Origin: Escherichia phage myPSH1131
Strand: one strand, 5' to 3'
Length of the DNA: 64,000 nt
Sequence record: MG983840.1
Part shown: one piece after another, positions 43,598 through 53,435 of the stretch
Layout: each line of letters begins with the position of its first letter
Position numbering within the stretch: position 1 is the stretch's first letter
Position numbers and translations under genes: made by a program
Notes under the pieces: generated by a model
The model's input: only the letters and a program-made list of their open reading frames with translations
What the model was told of the DNA's origin: nothing
Databases searched by the model: none

Positions 43598-44401
43598 TTA
43601 GTAGTTTACAACAGTGCCATCATTCAGGGTAAGACTGTTAATCTGCAACACACGACCAAGCTGGCGATCACCAATCGGTGCATTCCACCCAGAGCGGTAG
43701 AAGTTACGACCACAGAAGAACAAGATCACATTACTTGCTACAGTTGAACCATTCTCAGGGTGCTTGATATTAGCGATGTAATAACCACGACGTAAAGTAC
43801 GACGGGTTACAGGGTTGATCTCTAACCCTTGTTCTTCCACTTGCATTGTTTCAGGAACAGGCTCCGAAGACTCTTCAACAACTGGTTCAGCTGTCAATGC
43901 AAAGTTCTCGTCATCTGCTGATTCAGCAAACTCTTCCACTTCTTCAACAGGCAGTTCGTAAGCAACGCGGTAGTCAGGATCAACACCAGAGAAACTCTTA
44001 ACAAACTCAACGATGTTGTGAGTGTAAGTTTCCAGAGTTGTTCCAGTCAGGCCCGGAGCTGTATTAACTTCCAGAACCCAAGCGTTAGTACCTTTGCTAA
44101 TCAGGTCAACAGCACCGAAGTTCAAACCCAGAGCAGATACAGCTTTGTGGGCTTGAATCAGAACCTGATCAGGCGGCGCATCTTGGAAGTTTGAGGAATA
44201 AACCCAACCAGTATGATGGTTTCGAACGTCTTCACGATAGGAAGGATCTTCACGATAACCATTACGGCGAATCTTTTTCTGAACATAGGTGATAACACCT
44301 TCAAACACATGAACACGCCATTCACGAGTGAAGATGTGAGAGCTAACACCCGGAGCTGCTTTCCAACGATACCACGTTGACGTTATCGTTAAACGCTTCA
44401 T
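43598..44401 (-). pseudogene. 5'-truncated ATP-grasp gene copy with chimeric N-terminus
   Basis: 267 aa; residues after REWRVHVFEGV match the ATP-grasp protein; first part contains a 31-nt patch identical to 52259..52289. Confidence 0.5.
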
Positions 44402-44472
44402 TTTCCAGTCAAAACCGCTGTCCCAGTTAGTTTATCCGAACTAGCCTCATCTTTCGAAGAGGCTAAAGCAGA

Positions 44473-44658
44473 TTACTCTGTAATAAAGATTTTGATTACA
44501 CCGCAGATTGCTGCACTTTCAAACACTGCAACAGCTTCACTTCCTTGAAAGAAGGCCACTTTGCCATCAGAGAAGTTAAACATGTCAGCATCGAGGTCCA
44601 TTGCTCGCATCTCACCAGCTGCATTGGTATCTTTAAACAGAACTTTATACTTATTCAC
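44473..44658 (-). CDS. small protein (61 aa), copy 3
   Basis: Two substitutions relative to copy 1. Confidence 0.4.
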   Translation of the reverse strand: MNKYKVLFKDTNAAGEMRAMDLDADMFNFSDGKVAFFQGSEAVAVFESAAICGVIKIFITE

Positions 44659-44903
44659 AGATATGTTACTCCCTTGTCTTGTTGTGCTTCAGTGATGATA
44701 CGCTCTACACATTCCATAGAGTACTTATCACCACGTTTTAGGAAAGTTACAATTGCAGAGAATTGATTACCAATCATTCGCTGATTAGTAATACCCAACT
44801 CCTCACACAATTTACGCAACTCTTTACGAGAGCCTACAATAAGAGGCTCTTTTTGTTCCATCATTCCATTTTGTACTAGATCTTCCAATGAAAACATATC
44901 CAT
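44655..44903 (-). CDS. small protein (82 aa), copy 3
   Basis: Near-identical to copies 1 and 2. Confidence 0.4.
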   Translation of the reverse strand: MDMFSLEDLVQNGMMEQKEPLIVGSRKELRKLCEELGITNQRMIGNQFSAIVTFLKRGDKYSMECVERIITEAQQDKGVTYL

Positions 44904-44909
44904 ATATCC

Positions 44910-46070
44910 TTAGTAGTTTACAACAGTGCCATCATTCAGGGTAAGGTTATTAATCTGCAACACACGACCAAGCTGACGATCACTAATTGGTGCGTTCCAT
45001 CCAGAGCGGTAGAAGTTACGACCACAGAAGAACAAGATCACATTACTTGCTACAGTTGAACCATTTTCAGGATGCTTGATGTTAGCGATATAATAACCAC
45101 GACGCAGATTACGACGGGTTACAGGGTTGATCTCTAACCCTTGCTCTTCAACCTGCATTATTTCAGGGACAGGCTCCGAAGACTCTTCAACAACTGGCTC
45201 GGAGCTTTCCGCTGATAGTGCGTAATCCTCATCACCTGCTGGTGAAAATGTTTCTTCCACTTCTTCCACGGGAAGTTCGTATGCAACACGGTAGTCAGGC
45301 TCAACACCAGAGAAGCTCTTAACAAACTCAACGATGTTGTGAGTGTAGGTTTCCAGAGTTGTGCCAGTCAGGCCCGGAGCTGTATTAACTTCCAGAACCC
45401 AAGCGTTAGTACCTTTGCTAATCAGGTCAACAGCACCGAAGTTCAAACCCAGAGCAGATACAGCTTTGTGAGCTTGAATCAGAACTTGATCAGGAGGCGC
45501 TTCAGTGAAGGAGTTAGAATAAACCCAACCAGTATGATGGTTACGAATATCTTCACGATAGCTTTCCAGTTCACGATAACCATTACGACGAATCTTCTTC
45601 TGAACGTAAGTGATAACACCTTCGAACACATGAACACGCCATTCACGACGTGGGCCTTGGATGCCTTTGGTGTACAGAGGAGCATCCGCAACACCTTCTC
45701 GCGGAAGACGAACAGTGATCCCCTCACCAGAGTGACCAGTCAAGGTTGCACGTTCATAAACAATTTCATTCCGGTTCCAGTTCTGAGCTACTTCACGATC
45801 TACGGTGTATTCAACAGTTTTGACTTCAGCTAAACGCAGTGCGTTAAATGCTGCAACTTTGTTAGCGGCTCGGTTCAAGGCAACCACAGAGTTCAATACA
45901 GTTGCACCGCCAAAGAAAGAATCATTATATCGACGGTTTCCGTAGTTGACAACAATATCACCAACTCGAGAACGATAACGAGAACCCTCTGATACCAGAG
46001 ACATTACGTTAGCATTTAGTCGAAGTTCCTGAATCTTATCACGAAAGTGACCGCACCCATTATCAGCCAT
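44910..46070 (-). CDS. ATP-grasp family ligase (RimK-like fold) with unassigned N- and C-terminal regions
   Basis: Core LGLNFGAVDLISKGTNAWVLEVNTAPGL resembles ATP-grasp nucleotide-binding region; 386 aa. Confidence 0.55.
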   Translation of the reverse strand: MADNGCGHFRDKIQELRLNANVMSLVSEGSRYRSRVGDIVVNYGNRRYNDSFFGGATVLNSVVALNRAANKVAAFNALRLAEVKTVEYTVDREVAQNWNRNEIVYERATLTGHSGEGITVRLPREGVADAPLYTKGIQGPRREWRVHVFEGVITYVQKKIRRNGYRELESYREDIRNHHTGWVYSNSFTEAPPDQVLIQAHKAVSALGLNFGAVDLISKGTNAWVLEVNTAPGLTGTTLETYTHNIVEFVKSFSGVEPDYRVAYELPVEEVEETFSPAGDEDYALSAESSEPVVEESSEPVPEIMQVEEQGLEINPVTRRNLRRGYYIANIKHPENGSTVASNVILFFCGRNFYRSGWNAPISDRQLGRVLQINNLTLNDGTVVNY

Positions 46071-46074
46071 GCCG

Positions 46075-46290
46075 TGCCGTTGGTTAGTGTACTAACCATT
46101 CGTGAAAAGATACAAGCATACAAGCATGGTCGTGAAACAAAGTTTTTCGTAAGGTTCGTGGTAGTTCCAACGTTTGGCCAAATTGTGAATGTAGTCGTTT
46201 GGCCGGTAAGTCGTGGTGAAAAGTTCGTGCAAGGTTTGCGTGGTTTTAACCGTGCCAAGGTCGTGGGCCATTAGTCGTGTAGATTTTTAC
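46075..46290. promoter_or_regulatory. CGTG-motif cluster with 8-bp inverted repeat (candidate operator array or origin)
   Basis: Ten CGTG occurrences in about 210 bp, several as (G)TCGTGAAA; inverted repeat TGGTTAGT-GT-ACTAACCA at 46081..46098. Confidence 0.4.
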
Positions 46291-46473
46291 ATAATCAGCA
46301 AGTACGTTGTTGATCACCGTTGGGAAAGGAACCTCAACCTGTGTTTCAAGTACTTGACCAATACCAGCTTGCATCCACTTCTGGATTGCACGAAGGTTAT
46401 CACATCCTGTGCTCGTCATCGGGATACGTCGAGTAGTTACAACGTTATCCAGCATCATCTTACGAATTTCCAT
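46246..46473 (-). CDS. hypothetical protein (75 aa)
   Basis: ORF between the GATase-like gene and the CGTG cluster. Confidence 0.3.
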   Translation of the reverse strand: MEIRKMMLDNVVTTRRIPMTSTGCDNLRAIQKWMQAGIGQVLETQVEVPFPTVINNVLADYVKIYTTNGPRPWHG

Positions 46474-46475
46474 AC

Positions 46476-48640
46476 TTAACCTCTATTCAATGAACATTTA
46501 GGAGAATTACAATAAACTTGATTCATAGAACCAAGCGTACAATATCGGAAGTTTCGATGTTGTTCATAAATTGATGCTGCGTCTGCGTGCGTAGCTTTTA
46601 CGGGCAACAGTTGGATGTACCCGTTCTGGTAACATGTTGTGTATCCGAGGGTTGACCACATTGCTTTGGTGAAGTCAGTGCTTCGGTTTCCGTCGAAGCT
46701 GACGACAGTTTTGCGGAGAGCTGTTCGTGATTCAGGAAACACACCTGCTTTCTCAGCAGGTTCCTCCTTTTTTGGCTTAGTTGAGATTGCAAAAATACTG
46801 TTGCTACGTTTCTCAACATAAGCATCAACAACATCCTCCAGAGTGATGCCTGTCTGTTTCGCTGAGGAAGGTAATACAGTCATACGACCGATCATATCTT
46901 CAGTTACACGTAAAGCGAATTCAGGACGACGGGCGTTTGTTGTATCTGTTGCTTTAATCCAGACATAACCATCTTTGATCGTAGCATTAGACACTTTCTT
47001 CTTTACTTCTACAGCGCAGACTTTACAGATATCTTCACCACGAAGACGACTAAGTTCATCATCGAACTCATTCTCTGTTTTAACTTCACCGCAGATTTCA
47101 CAAACACCAATAGGAGTTTCCTCCTCCTCTTCCTCTTTAGGTTTAGTCAAACCTTCCAGACATTCAGGATGCCAATAGCACTGATATGCGAAGACTGCTT
47201 TAGGTGCATCCTTCCAATCAATGTGCTTGTCACAACCACCACAATCACCATGAGAGTGTGCTTCCCAGAATTTACGAGTGATAGTAACGCCATTCTTGTT
47301 GACGAAACTATCATTCATGTCAAAAGGGATATCATCATCAAAGTCAGCAGTAGTTGACTCAGGCTCCTTTTTCTCCAGAGATGGGTCAACAAAACGACCT
47401 GCTGTGATCACTAAACGAACCATAGCATTAACTTCGGAGATGCAGGATACCGTCCCACGGTAAACAATTTTAGGGTCTTTCAGTGCGTCCTGATAAGCCT
47501 TAATGTCTACGTTATGAACATCACCTTCAATGTACTCTTGAGACTTCTCATCGTAGATATAACCAATCATCTTACCACGAGAAGGAACAGCACCAGCAGT
47601 TGCATAAGGAACAAACTCATGCGGAGTGATTTCCACAGTCATATCGCGGCGAATATCAATGTTTCGATCGCTTGCGATTTTGTTTTGACTTACCACTGCG
47701 TTTCTTCGACGAACGTCTGCCGCTGTCACTCCCGGCTTCGTGTCGTAAGGATTGCTTGTACTGCTTTTTGAGGAACTTTGATAGTTGCTTTGGCTGTAGT
47801 TGTTCGAGTAGTAATTGCCCCAACGATTGATTACCGTAAAAACCGGAAGCTCGTGGGCGACCTCTTCAACCAGAGTCATGCTGTTGTTTGACATATCAAA
47901 GATATATTCTGTACCAACTTTGCATTCAAAATGCTCGTCAATACGGTTCTTGTGAGATCTAGAACGCTTCAGAATCCACATCAACATATCTTCTTCAGAA
48001 GCACCAAACCAATCTCTGTTACAACGTGCGAGGTGGAATGGACGCTCTTCGTTACGGATGATATGAAGACGATTATCAGAAGCATCATGCCAGATTAAGG
48101 TGAAAGCACCATCCAGCTTTTGAATAGTCTCTGCTGCACCAATAGTGTTAATAGAGTGGCAGATGTTCTCACTGTCTACCTCGAAGTTTTTGCTGTCAGG
48201 TAACAGATCTTGGTCCATCAAGGTTCCATTATGAACCAGAGTGATGTTACCATGTTGGAAAGGATGGGCGTTCTTGGCGTTAACTGCACCTTTCGTTGCA
48301 TGACTTATGAACCAGAGTGATGTTACCATGTTGGAAAGGATGGGCGTTCTTGGCGTTAACTGCACCTTTCGTTGCATGACGACTGTGACCAACAATCCAT
48401 GAAGGTGCTACAGTGTAAGCTGTTTCACCAGTGGTGTGCTTCTTGTACTCATCTTGTAGGATGAATGCGAAAGAAGGAAGAGCTTCTTTATAAGTGAAGA
48501 CTTCCTTAGTGCTTTTACGCTGACCAAAGATACCGGAGGAATGTTGTCCTCGGAATACTCCAGCATAAAAGAGTTGGTTAAATACGTCTAAATCAGTGCT
48601 TGACAGATTACCGCCAGCTAATACGATGCCACAAATTTTC
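46476..48640 (-). CDS. class-II glutamine amidotransferase (Ntn)-like domain fused to long C-terminal region; frame disrupted as assembled
   Basis: Upstream frame encodes (I)CGIVLAGG...FRGQHSSGIF and FQHGNITLVHNG, the Cys1 and HNG signatures; initiation position is ATT not ATG (RBS AGGTGG); 76-bp tandem duplication at 48229..48380 shifts frame; track ORF 46476..48395 is the downstream part. Confidence 0.5.
48229..48380. repeat. perfect 76-bp direct tandem duplication inside the GATase-like gene
   Basis: Unit TTATGAACCAGAGTGATG...CGTTGCATGAC occurs twice back to back (48229..48304, 48305..48380). Confidence 0.9.
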
Positions 48641-48956
48641 TAATCCACCTGAAGGGTAAACCCTTTCATCTAATTAACCTTTAAATTGTGCCCCTTTATC
48701 AGAGGCACCCATTGATTACAGCGCTTGCTCTAACTGATTTTCCAGATGGTCTGGAATGTACCCTGTGATATTGCTATCACTGTGACCAGACTCACGTAGT
48801 AAGTCAAAAATAGCACGAATACGTTGTTCTGGAGCGTGTCTTGAGATAGGTCTGCTGTACGAAGCATAACCAAAATCTCTTGATACAAGTTGTTAGCGTT
48901 CCCTCGTTCCCTCGAACATATCCAAGGAATCCATAGAAGTCTGACATAAGAGTAAG

Positions 48957-49742
48957 TCAACAAGAACCTCTCCGTTGGACTTCTGAATGCAAATCAGATT
49001 CATCCAGATTGTAATCCAGAGGAAGGTAAGGAAGCATTGGGGCAAATCGTACAGTATTTAAGTGCTCAATAAACTGATCATTGCTCATATCTGCGTTATC
49101 TAAAGCCAGCTTCTTCAACATCAAGAAGCGGTTAACCAGATTGAGAAGTTGACCACGTTTCCACTTAGGCTCACTGATACGGAACTCAATTGAACCGTAT
49201 TGGGCAAGTGGCAGAAGGTTCAGAGATGTATATTTATCCCATGAACGAACCAGACGGTTGAAGAATTCTTCACCATCGTAGTTAAATGCGTCAGAGGCAT
49301 TCATTACCTGTGCTTGTACCACTGCAAACGCAGGGCAGAAATTGCTACGGTAACGATGGTAGCCTGAACACTTGAACAACATCTTTTCATAGAAGGTCCA
49401 AGCAAGGATGGTCTTCTTGAGGATATTACTATCAGCATCCCTCATATCCATATGAACGTGAGTAGAGCAACGCCAAGTCCCCTCGGCGTGCGATTCAGCT
49501 ACTGCTTCACTCAGGTTGTTGATAGCGTCTAACAACTCCTGTCCGTTGTAAGGTCGTGAACATACCATTTCACAACCGTTACGCAGGGAACCATCCTCTG
49601 TGCAATCCCACATATCTGCTTCGATATGTTCAGAACCTTCGAGTTCAAGTTCAATACCGACACCGCACTGAAGTGCAATTGAACTATGCGCCTCAGTTAA
49701 ACGACCTTCTCGATATCCAAAAGTTTGCGCTACAGTTGTCAT
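48957..49742 (-). CDS. amidoligase-like (carboxylate-amine ligase-like) protein
   Basis: GVGIELELEG...EDGSLRNGCEMV...CSTHVHMDM pattern resembles putative amidoligase enzymes; assignment by motif memory only. Confidence 0.45.
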   Translation of the reverse strand: MTTVAQTFGYREGRLTEAHSSIALQCGVGIELELEGSEHIEADMWDCTEDGSLRNGCEMVCSRPYNGQELLDAINNLSEAVAESHAEGTWRCSTHVHMDMRDADSNILKKTILAWTFYEKMLFKCSGYHRYRSNFCPAFAVVQAQVMNASDAFNYDGEEFFNRLVRSWDKYTSLNLLPLAQYGSIEFRISEPKWKRGQLLNLVNRFLMLKKLALDNADMSNDQFIEHLNTVRFAPMLPYLPLDYNLDESDLHSEVQRRGSC

Positions 49743-50356
49743 AACGAATCCACCAACGTAATATTATAATTGCTAAGGTTTTCAGAGATGTGATGAAAAT
49801 GCTCCAGAAGTCGCATCGGTTGTTGACCATAAGAGTCACGAGGTGCTTCCAGATCTACCTGACCTACCAGTGCACCTTTATAATGCACTTTACCATCTGT
49901 AGGATTGATGTAAATATAACGAGTAACCAATCCATCAAATTCAGGATTGAACAGACTGTAAACCATTTCACCAGAGATCGAACGACCAATTCCAGGAGCG
50001 TTTCGAATCTTGTTACCCATCAAACCCTTCGCTCTCTGACGAACAGGGTTGATATGAGTCCAGCTTACAGTGTTACCGTTATGGAACAGATAACCAACAT
50101 CAGGTGATTCAAGAATCAAGGTTGGGTCGAACACTGGAATATTCATCGTAGTGTTTCGGAGATTCCCATGCTCGTTCTTGTACCACTGCTCTACAACAAA
50201 ATACAGAGCCTGTTCTGCTTCATGCGAGAAGTCATCGCTGCGGAAGTTACCGCTCTGCTCAACACCAATCACAAAACACGGAAGGTTGATATTGCCTGCT
50301 CGTTTAGCAATCCATGTACCATTATAGTAATGAGAAAAATCAGCTACTAAGCTCAC
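49739..50356 (-). CDS. hypothetical protein (205 aa), partner of amidoligase-like gene
   Basis: ORF overlapping amidoligase start by 4 nt; second copy at 51119..51736. Confidence 0.4.
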   Translation of the reverse strand: MSLVADFSHYYNGTWIAKRAGNINLPCFVIGVEQSGNFRSDDFSHEAEQALYFVVEQWYKNEHGNLRNTTMNIPVFDPTLILESPDVGYLFHNGNTVSWTHINPVRQRAKGLMGNKIRNAPGIGRSISGEMVYSLFNPEFDGLVTRYIYINPTDGKVHYKGALVGQVDLEAPRDSYGQQPMRLLEHFHHISENLSNYNITLVDSL

Positions 50357-50588
50357 GATAACCTCTTATGCTACCTGAAGGAGTTTGATCTGCTGGTCAG
50401 CTTCTTTAACGTTGTTCCCGTTAATGATTTCATGAAGCTTCTCAATCGGAAGGCGAGAGTGCAATGCCATCAGATTGTACATATAAAACTGCTGAACAAC
50501 CTTATAAACCAGATCGTAAACAAACTTACTGTTTTCACTATCACTAATACAGAAGTTAGACAGCGAACGGTATTCGATACCATAGTCT

Positions 50589-51122
50589 TTATAAAGGCGA
50601 TACCACGTTGCTTAAACGTACGTTGTCCTCTTGGAGACGTGTATGCCGAAGTCGTTGCGTCGATGAAAAATCAATATCGTTTTGCGTAAACATGCCTACC
50701 ACTGCAAACGCAGGGCAGAAATTGCTACGGTAACGATGGTAGCCTGAACACTTGAACAACATCTTTTCATAGAAGGTCCAAGCGAGAATGGTTTTCTTGA
50801 GGATATTACTATCAGCATCCCTCATATCCATATGAACGTGAGTAGAGCAACGCCAAGTCCCCTCGGCGTGCGATTCAGCTACTGCTTCACTCAGGTTGTT
50901 GATAGCGTCTAACAACTCCTGTCCATTGTAAGGTCGTGAACATACCATTTCACAACCATTACGCAGGGAACCATCCTCTGTACAATCCCACATATCTGCT
51001 TCGATATGATCGGAACCTTCGAGTTCAAGTTCAATACCGACGCCGCACTGAAGTGCAATTGAACTATGCGCCTCAGTTAAACGACCTTCTCGATATCCAA
51101 AAGTTTGCGCTACAGTTGTCAT
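50589..51122 (-). pseudogene. truncated second copy of amidoligase-like gene
   Basis: First ~140 aa identical to 48957..49742, then diverges and stops. Confidence 0.5.
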
Positions 51123-51736
51123 AACGAATCCACCAACGTAATATTATAATTGCTAAGGTTTTCAGAAATGTGATGAAAGTGTTCCAGAAGTCGCATCGGT
51201 TGCTGACCGTAAGAGTCACGAGGTGCTTCCAGACCTACTTGCCCTACCAGTGCACCTTTATAATGCACCTTACCATCAGTAGGGTTGATGTAAATATAAC
51301 GAGTAACCAATCCCTCGAATTCAGGATTGAACAGACTGTAAACCATCTCCCCGGAGATAGCACGACCAACACCCGGAGCATTTCGAATCTTGTTACCCAT
51401 CAAACCCTTTGCTCTCTGACGAACAGGGTTAATATGAGTCCAGCTTACAGTGTTACCGTTATGGAACAGATAACCAACATCAGGTGATTCAAGAATCAAG
51501 GTTGGGTCGAACACTGGAATATTCATCGTAGTGTTTCGAAGGTGCCCTTGCTCATTCTTGTACCACTGCTCTACAACAAAATACAGAGCCTGCTCTGCTT
51601 CGTGAGAGAAGTCATCGCTGCGGAAGTTACCGCTCTGCTCAACACCAATCACAAAACATGGAAGGTTGATATTACCTGCTCGTTTAGCAATCCATGTACC
51701 ATTATAGTAATGAGAAAAATCAGCTACTAAGCTCAC
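51119..51736 (-). CDS. hypothetical protein (205 aa), second copy
   Basis: Collinear with 49739..50356 with scattered substitutions. Confidence 0.4.
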   Translation of the reverse strand: MSLVADFSHYYNGTWIAKRAGNINLPCFVIGVEQSGNFRSDDFSHEAEQALYFVVEQWYKNEQGHLRNTTMNIPVFDPTLILESPDVGYLFHNGNTVSWTHINPVRQRAKGLMGNKIRNAPGVGRAISGEMVYSLFNPEFEGLVTRYIYINPTDGKVHYKGALVGQVGLEAPRDSYGQQPMRLLEHFHHISENLSNYNITLVDSL

Positions 51737-51745
51737 GATAACCTC

Positions 51746-53059
51746 TTATGCTACCTGAAGGAGTTTGATCTGCTGGTCAGCTTCTTTAACGTTGTTCCCG
51801 TTAATGATTTCATGAAGCTTCTCAATCGGAAGGCGAGAGTGCAATGCCATCAGAGTGGACATATCACACTGCTGAACAACCTTGTCAACCTGATCGTAAA
51901 CAAACTTACGGTTTTCACGATCACTAATCCAGAAGTTAGACAGCGAACGGTATTCGATACCATAGTCTTTATAACGGATTGCAGATGCTTTGCCATAGAG
52001 TTCTTTACGGCGAGTATCTTTGTCCATGATTACTGCTGGGAGAGACAGGAAGTAGTCACACAGCACACCCAACATCATCTGAGTTTGTAGAGTGATATCT
52101 AAAGCACCTACTACACCAAGATGTACGTGACCGCCAGCAGTACGAAGTCCCTTGTTCTGAGAAGTGGGGGACGGATTTTTCTGACCAGTGAAAGCGTTGA
52201 AGTCAGGAGTACATCCAAAGATGAACGCTGATTCATTAAAGGTCTTCATTTCTTCTTCGGTGAAGATGTGAGAGCTAACACCCGGAGCTGTTTCCATGTC
52301 CAGTTTGTTCAGGACATTATTGGTAAGATCGATACCACGTTGCATGTTATCCAACTTGTCGTCTATTGCTTCACGTTGCGGTTTCATACTCGTCCGGGTC
52401 TTGATCTTTAGCAGCGTCTTCGTAAGGCCCTTAACCACTCTGACATTGTTTACTTGGCTCTCTTCATCTTCAAAATAGAAGGTTCGATCTAACATCAAAT
52501 AGAACAGACAACGATCAGCAGGAACATTCTCAGTTGCTACACCCATAAAACCTTTTTCGTGCCAGCGTAAACAGGAGGGACGATCTTTGTCCACAAATGC
52601 TTCCATAGCTTCCAGTACAGCACGAGGTGTGGTTCGGTGTTCAGGGTTTTTGTCGTTCCAACGTTCGATGTTATTTTTAGGAGGTGTGTCTTCATCTTCA
52701 TATGAACACCAACTTAAAGCTTCAGCTACGTGCTTTTCATCACGCCAGCGTCTGAAACCTAACATCTTCATGTGAGTTCCGGAGTTCCAGATATGCTTGA
52801 TTTTACACATATCCATTTCTCGGCTTAGCCGGAACTCTTCTCCATCAGCACTACGAACGTTAGCTTCTTCATGCCACACTCGAACGTGCATATTCCACCC
52901 ATGAGTTGCCTCATAAGTGTTAGGTTCAAAATATTCATCATACTCTTCATCGTCTTCATCAACGCCACCGTTATAGTTGCGAAGCTGAAGGAACCCATAA
53001 CAAGGGGGGTTGACCGTTAAAACATTACCTTCAGTATCTTCTAATGTTACTGGAAACAT
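51746..53059 (-). CDS. hypothetical protein (437 aa), acidic N-terminus, GGHVHLG motif
   Basis: ORF; LRTAGGHVHLGVVG segment; function not assignable. Confidence 0.4.
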   Translation of the reverse strand: MFPVTLEDTEGNVLTVNPPCYGFLQLRNYNGGVDEDDEEYDEYFEPNTYEATHGWNMHVRVWHEEANVRSADGEEFRLSREMDMCKIKHIWNSGTHMKMLGFRRWRDEKHVAEALSWCSYEDEDTPPKNNIERWNDKNPEHRTTPRAVLEAMEAFVDKDRPSCLRWHEKGFMGVATENVPADRCLFYLMLDRTFYFEDEESQVNNVRVVKGLTKTLLKIKTRTSMKPQREAIDDKLDNMQRGIDLTNNVLNKLDMETAPGVSSHIFTEEEMKTFNESAFIFGCTPDFNAFTGQKNPSPTSQNKGLRTAGGHVHLGVVGALDITLQTQMMLGVLCDYFLSLPAVIMDKDTRRKELYGKASAIRYKDYGIEYRSLSNFWISDRENRKFVYDQVDKVVQQCDMSTLMALHSRLPIEKLHEIINGNNVKEADQQIKLLQVA

Positions 53060-53070
53060 TATACCAACCT

Positions 53071-53433
53071 CTATTGGTTTTTAATTAACTCAATCGACTT
53101 ACGGATATAAAGAATATCTCGGAAGTTTCGATAGTTGTTCATAAATTGGTGCTTCTGGAAAGTAGCTTCTTCCAGCGCTTTCTTTGCTTCTGCGTAGCTT
53201 TTACGGGCAAGATGTACAACCCGATCTGGTAGCATGTTTGCATGACGGATGACATACTTGTGAGCTTTCATGTTGCTTTGCTCACGAGCAATCTTACCTT
53301 TAGCAACTTTGATACCATTTGCAATCCAAGCAAGTTCTTGCTCAAGCTCATCGTTGGACATTCCACCGAGGTTTGATGCAACCTTGTTCAGAGTTTCAAT
53401 ATTAACGTTGCCCTTGATGGGACGTGTATTCAT
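53071..53433 (-). CDS. hypothetical protein (120 aa)
   Basis: ORF; its 3' end is homologous to the 3' end of the GATase-like gene (46540..46650 versus 53110..53240). Confidence 0.4.
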   Translation of the reverse strand: MNTRPIKGNVNIETLNKVASNLGGMSNDELEQELAWIANGIKVAKGKIAREQSNMKAHKYVIRHANMLPDRVVHLARKSYAEAKKALEEATFQKHQFMNNYRNFRDILYIRKSIELIKNQ

Positions 53434-53435
53434 AC

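Larger units (their letters stand above)
41685..46070 (-). repeat. tandem array of three diverged units: ATP-grasp gene, 82-aa gene, 61-aa gene, hairpin
   Basis: Units at about 41685..43110, 43111..44430, 44431..46070; only the third carries a full ATP-grasp ORF. Confidence 0.7.

Noticed and set aside
41685-46070. Tandem repeats as a CRISPR array
   Set aside because: Units are 1.3-1.6 kb protein-coding modules, not short direct repeats with spacers; no CRISPR-like array occurs anywhere in the window.
46016-46479. Three overlapping ORFs (46016..46258 minus, 46047..46274 plus, 46213..46479 plus) in the CGTG-rich interval
   Set aside because: Translations are dominated by the repeated motif and overlap in incompatible frames; treated as noncoding regulatory DNA.
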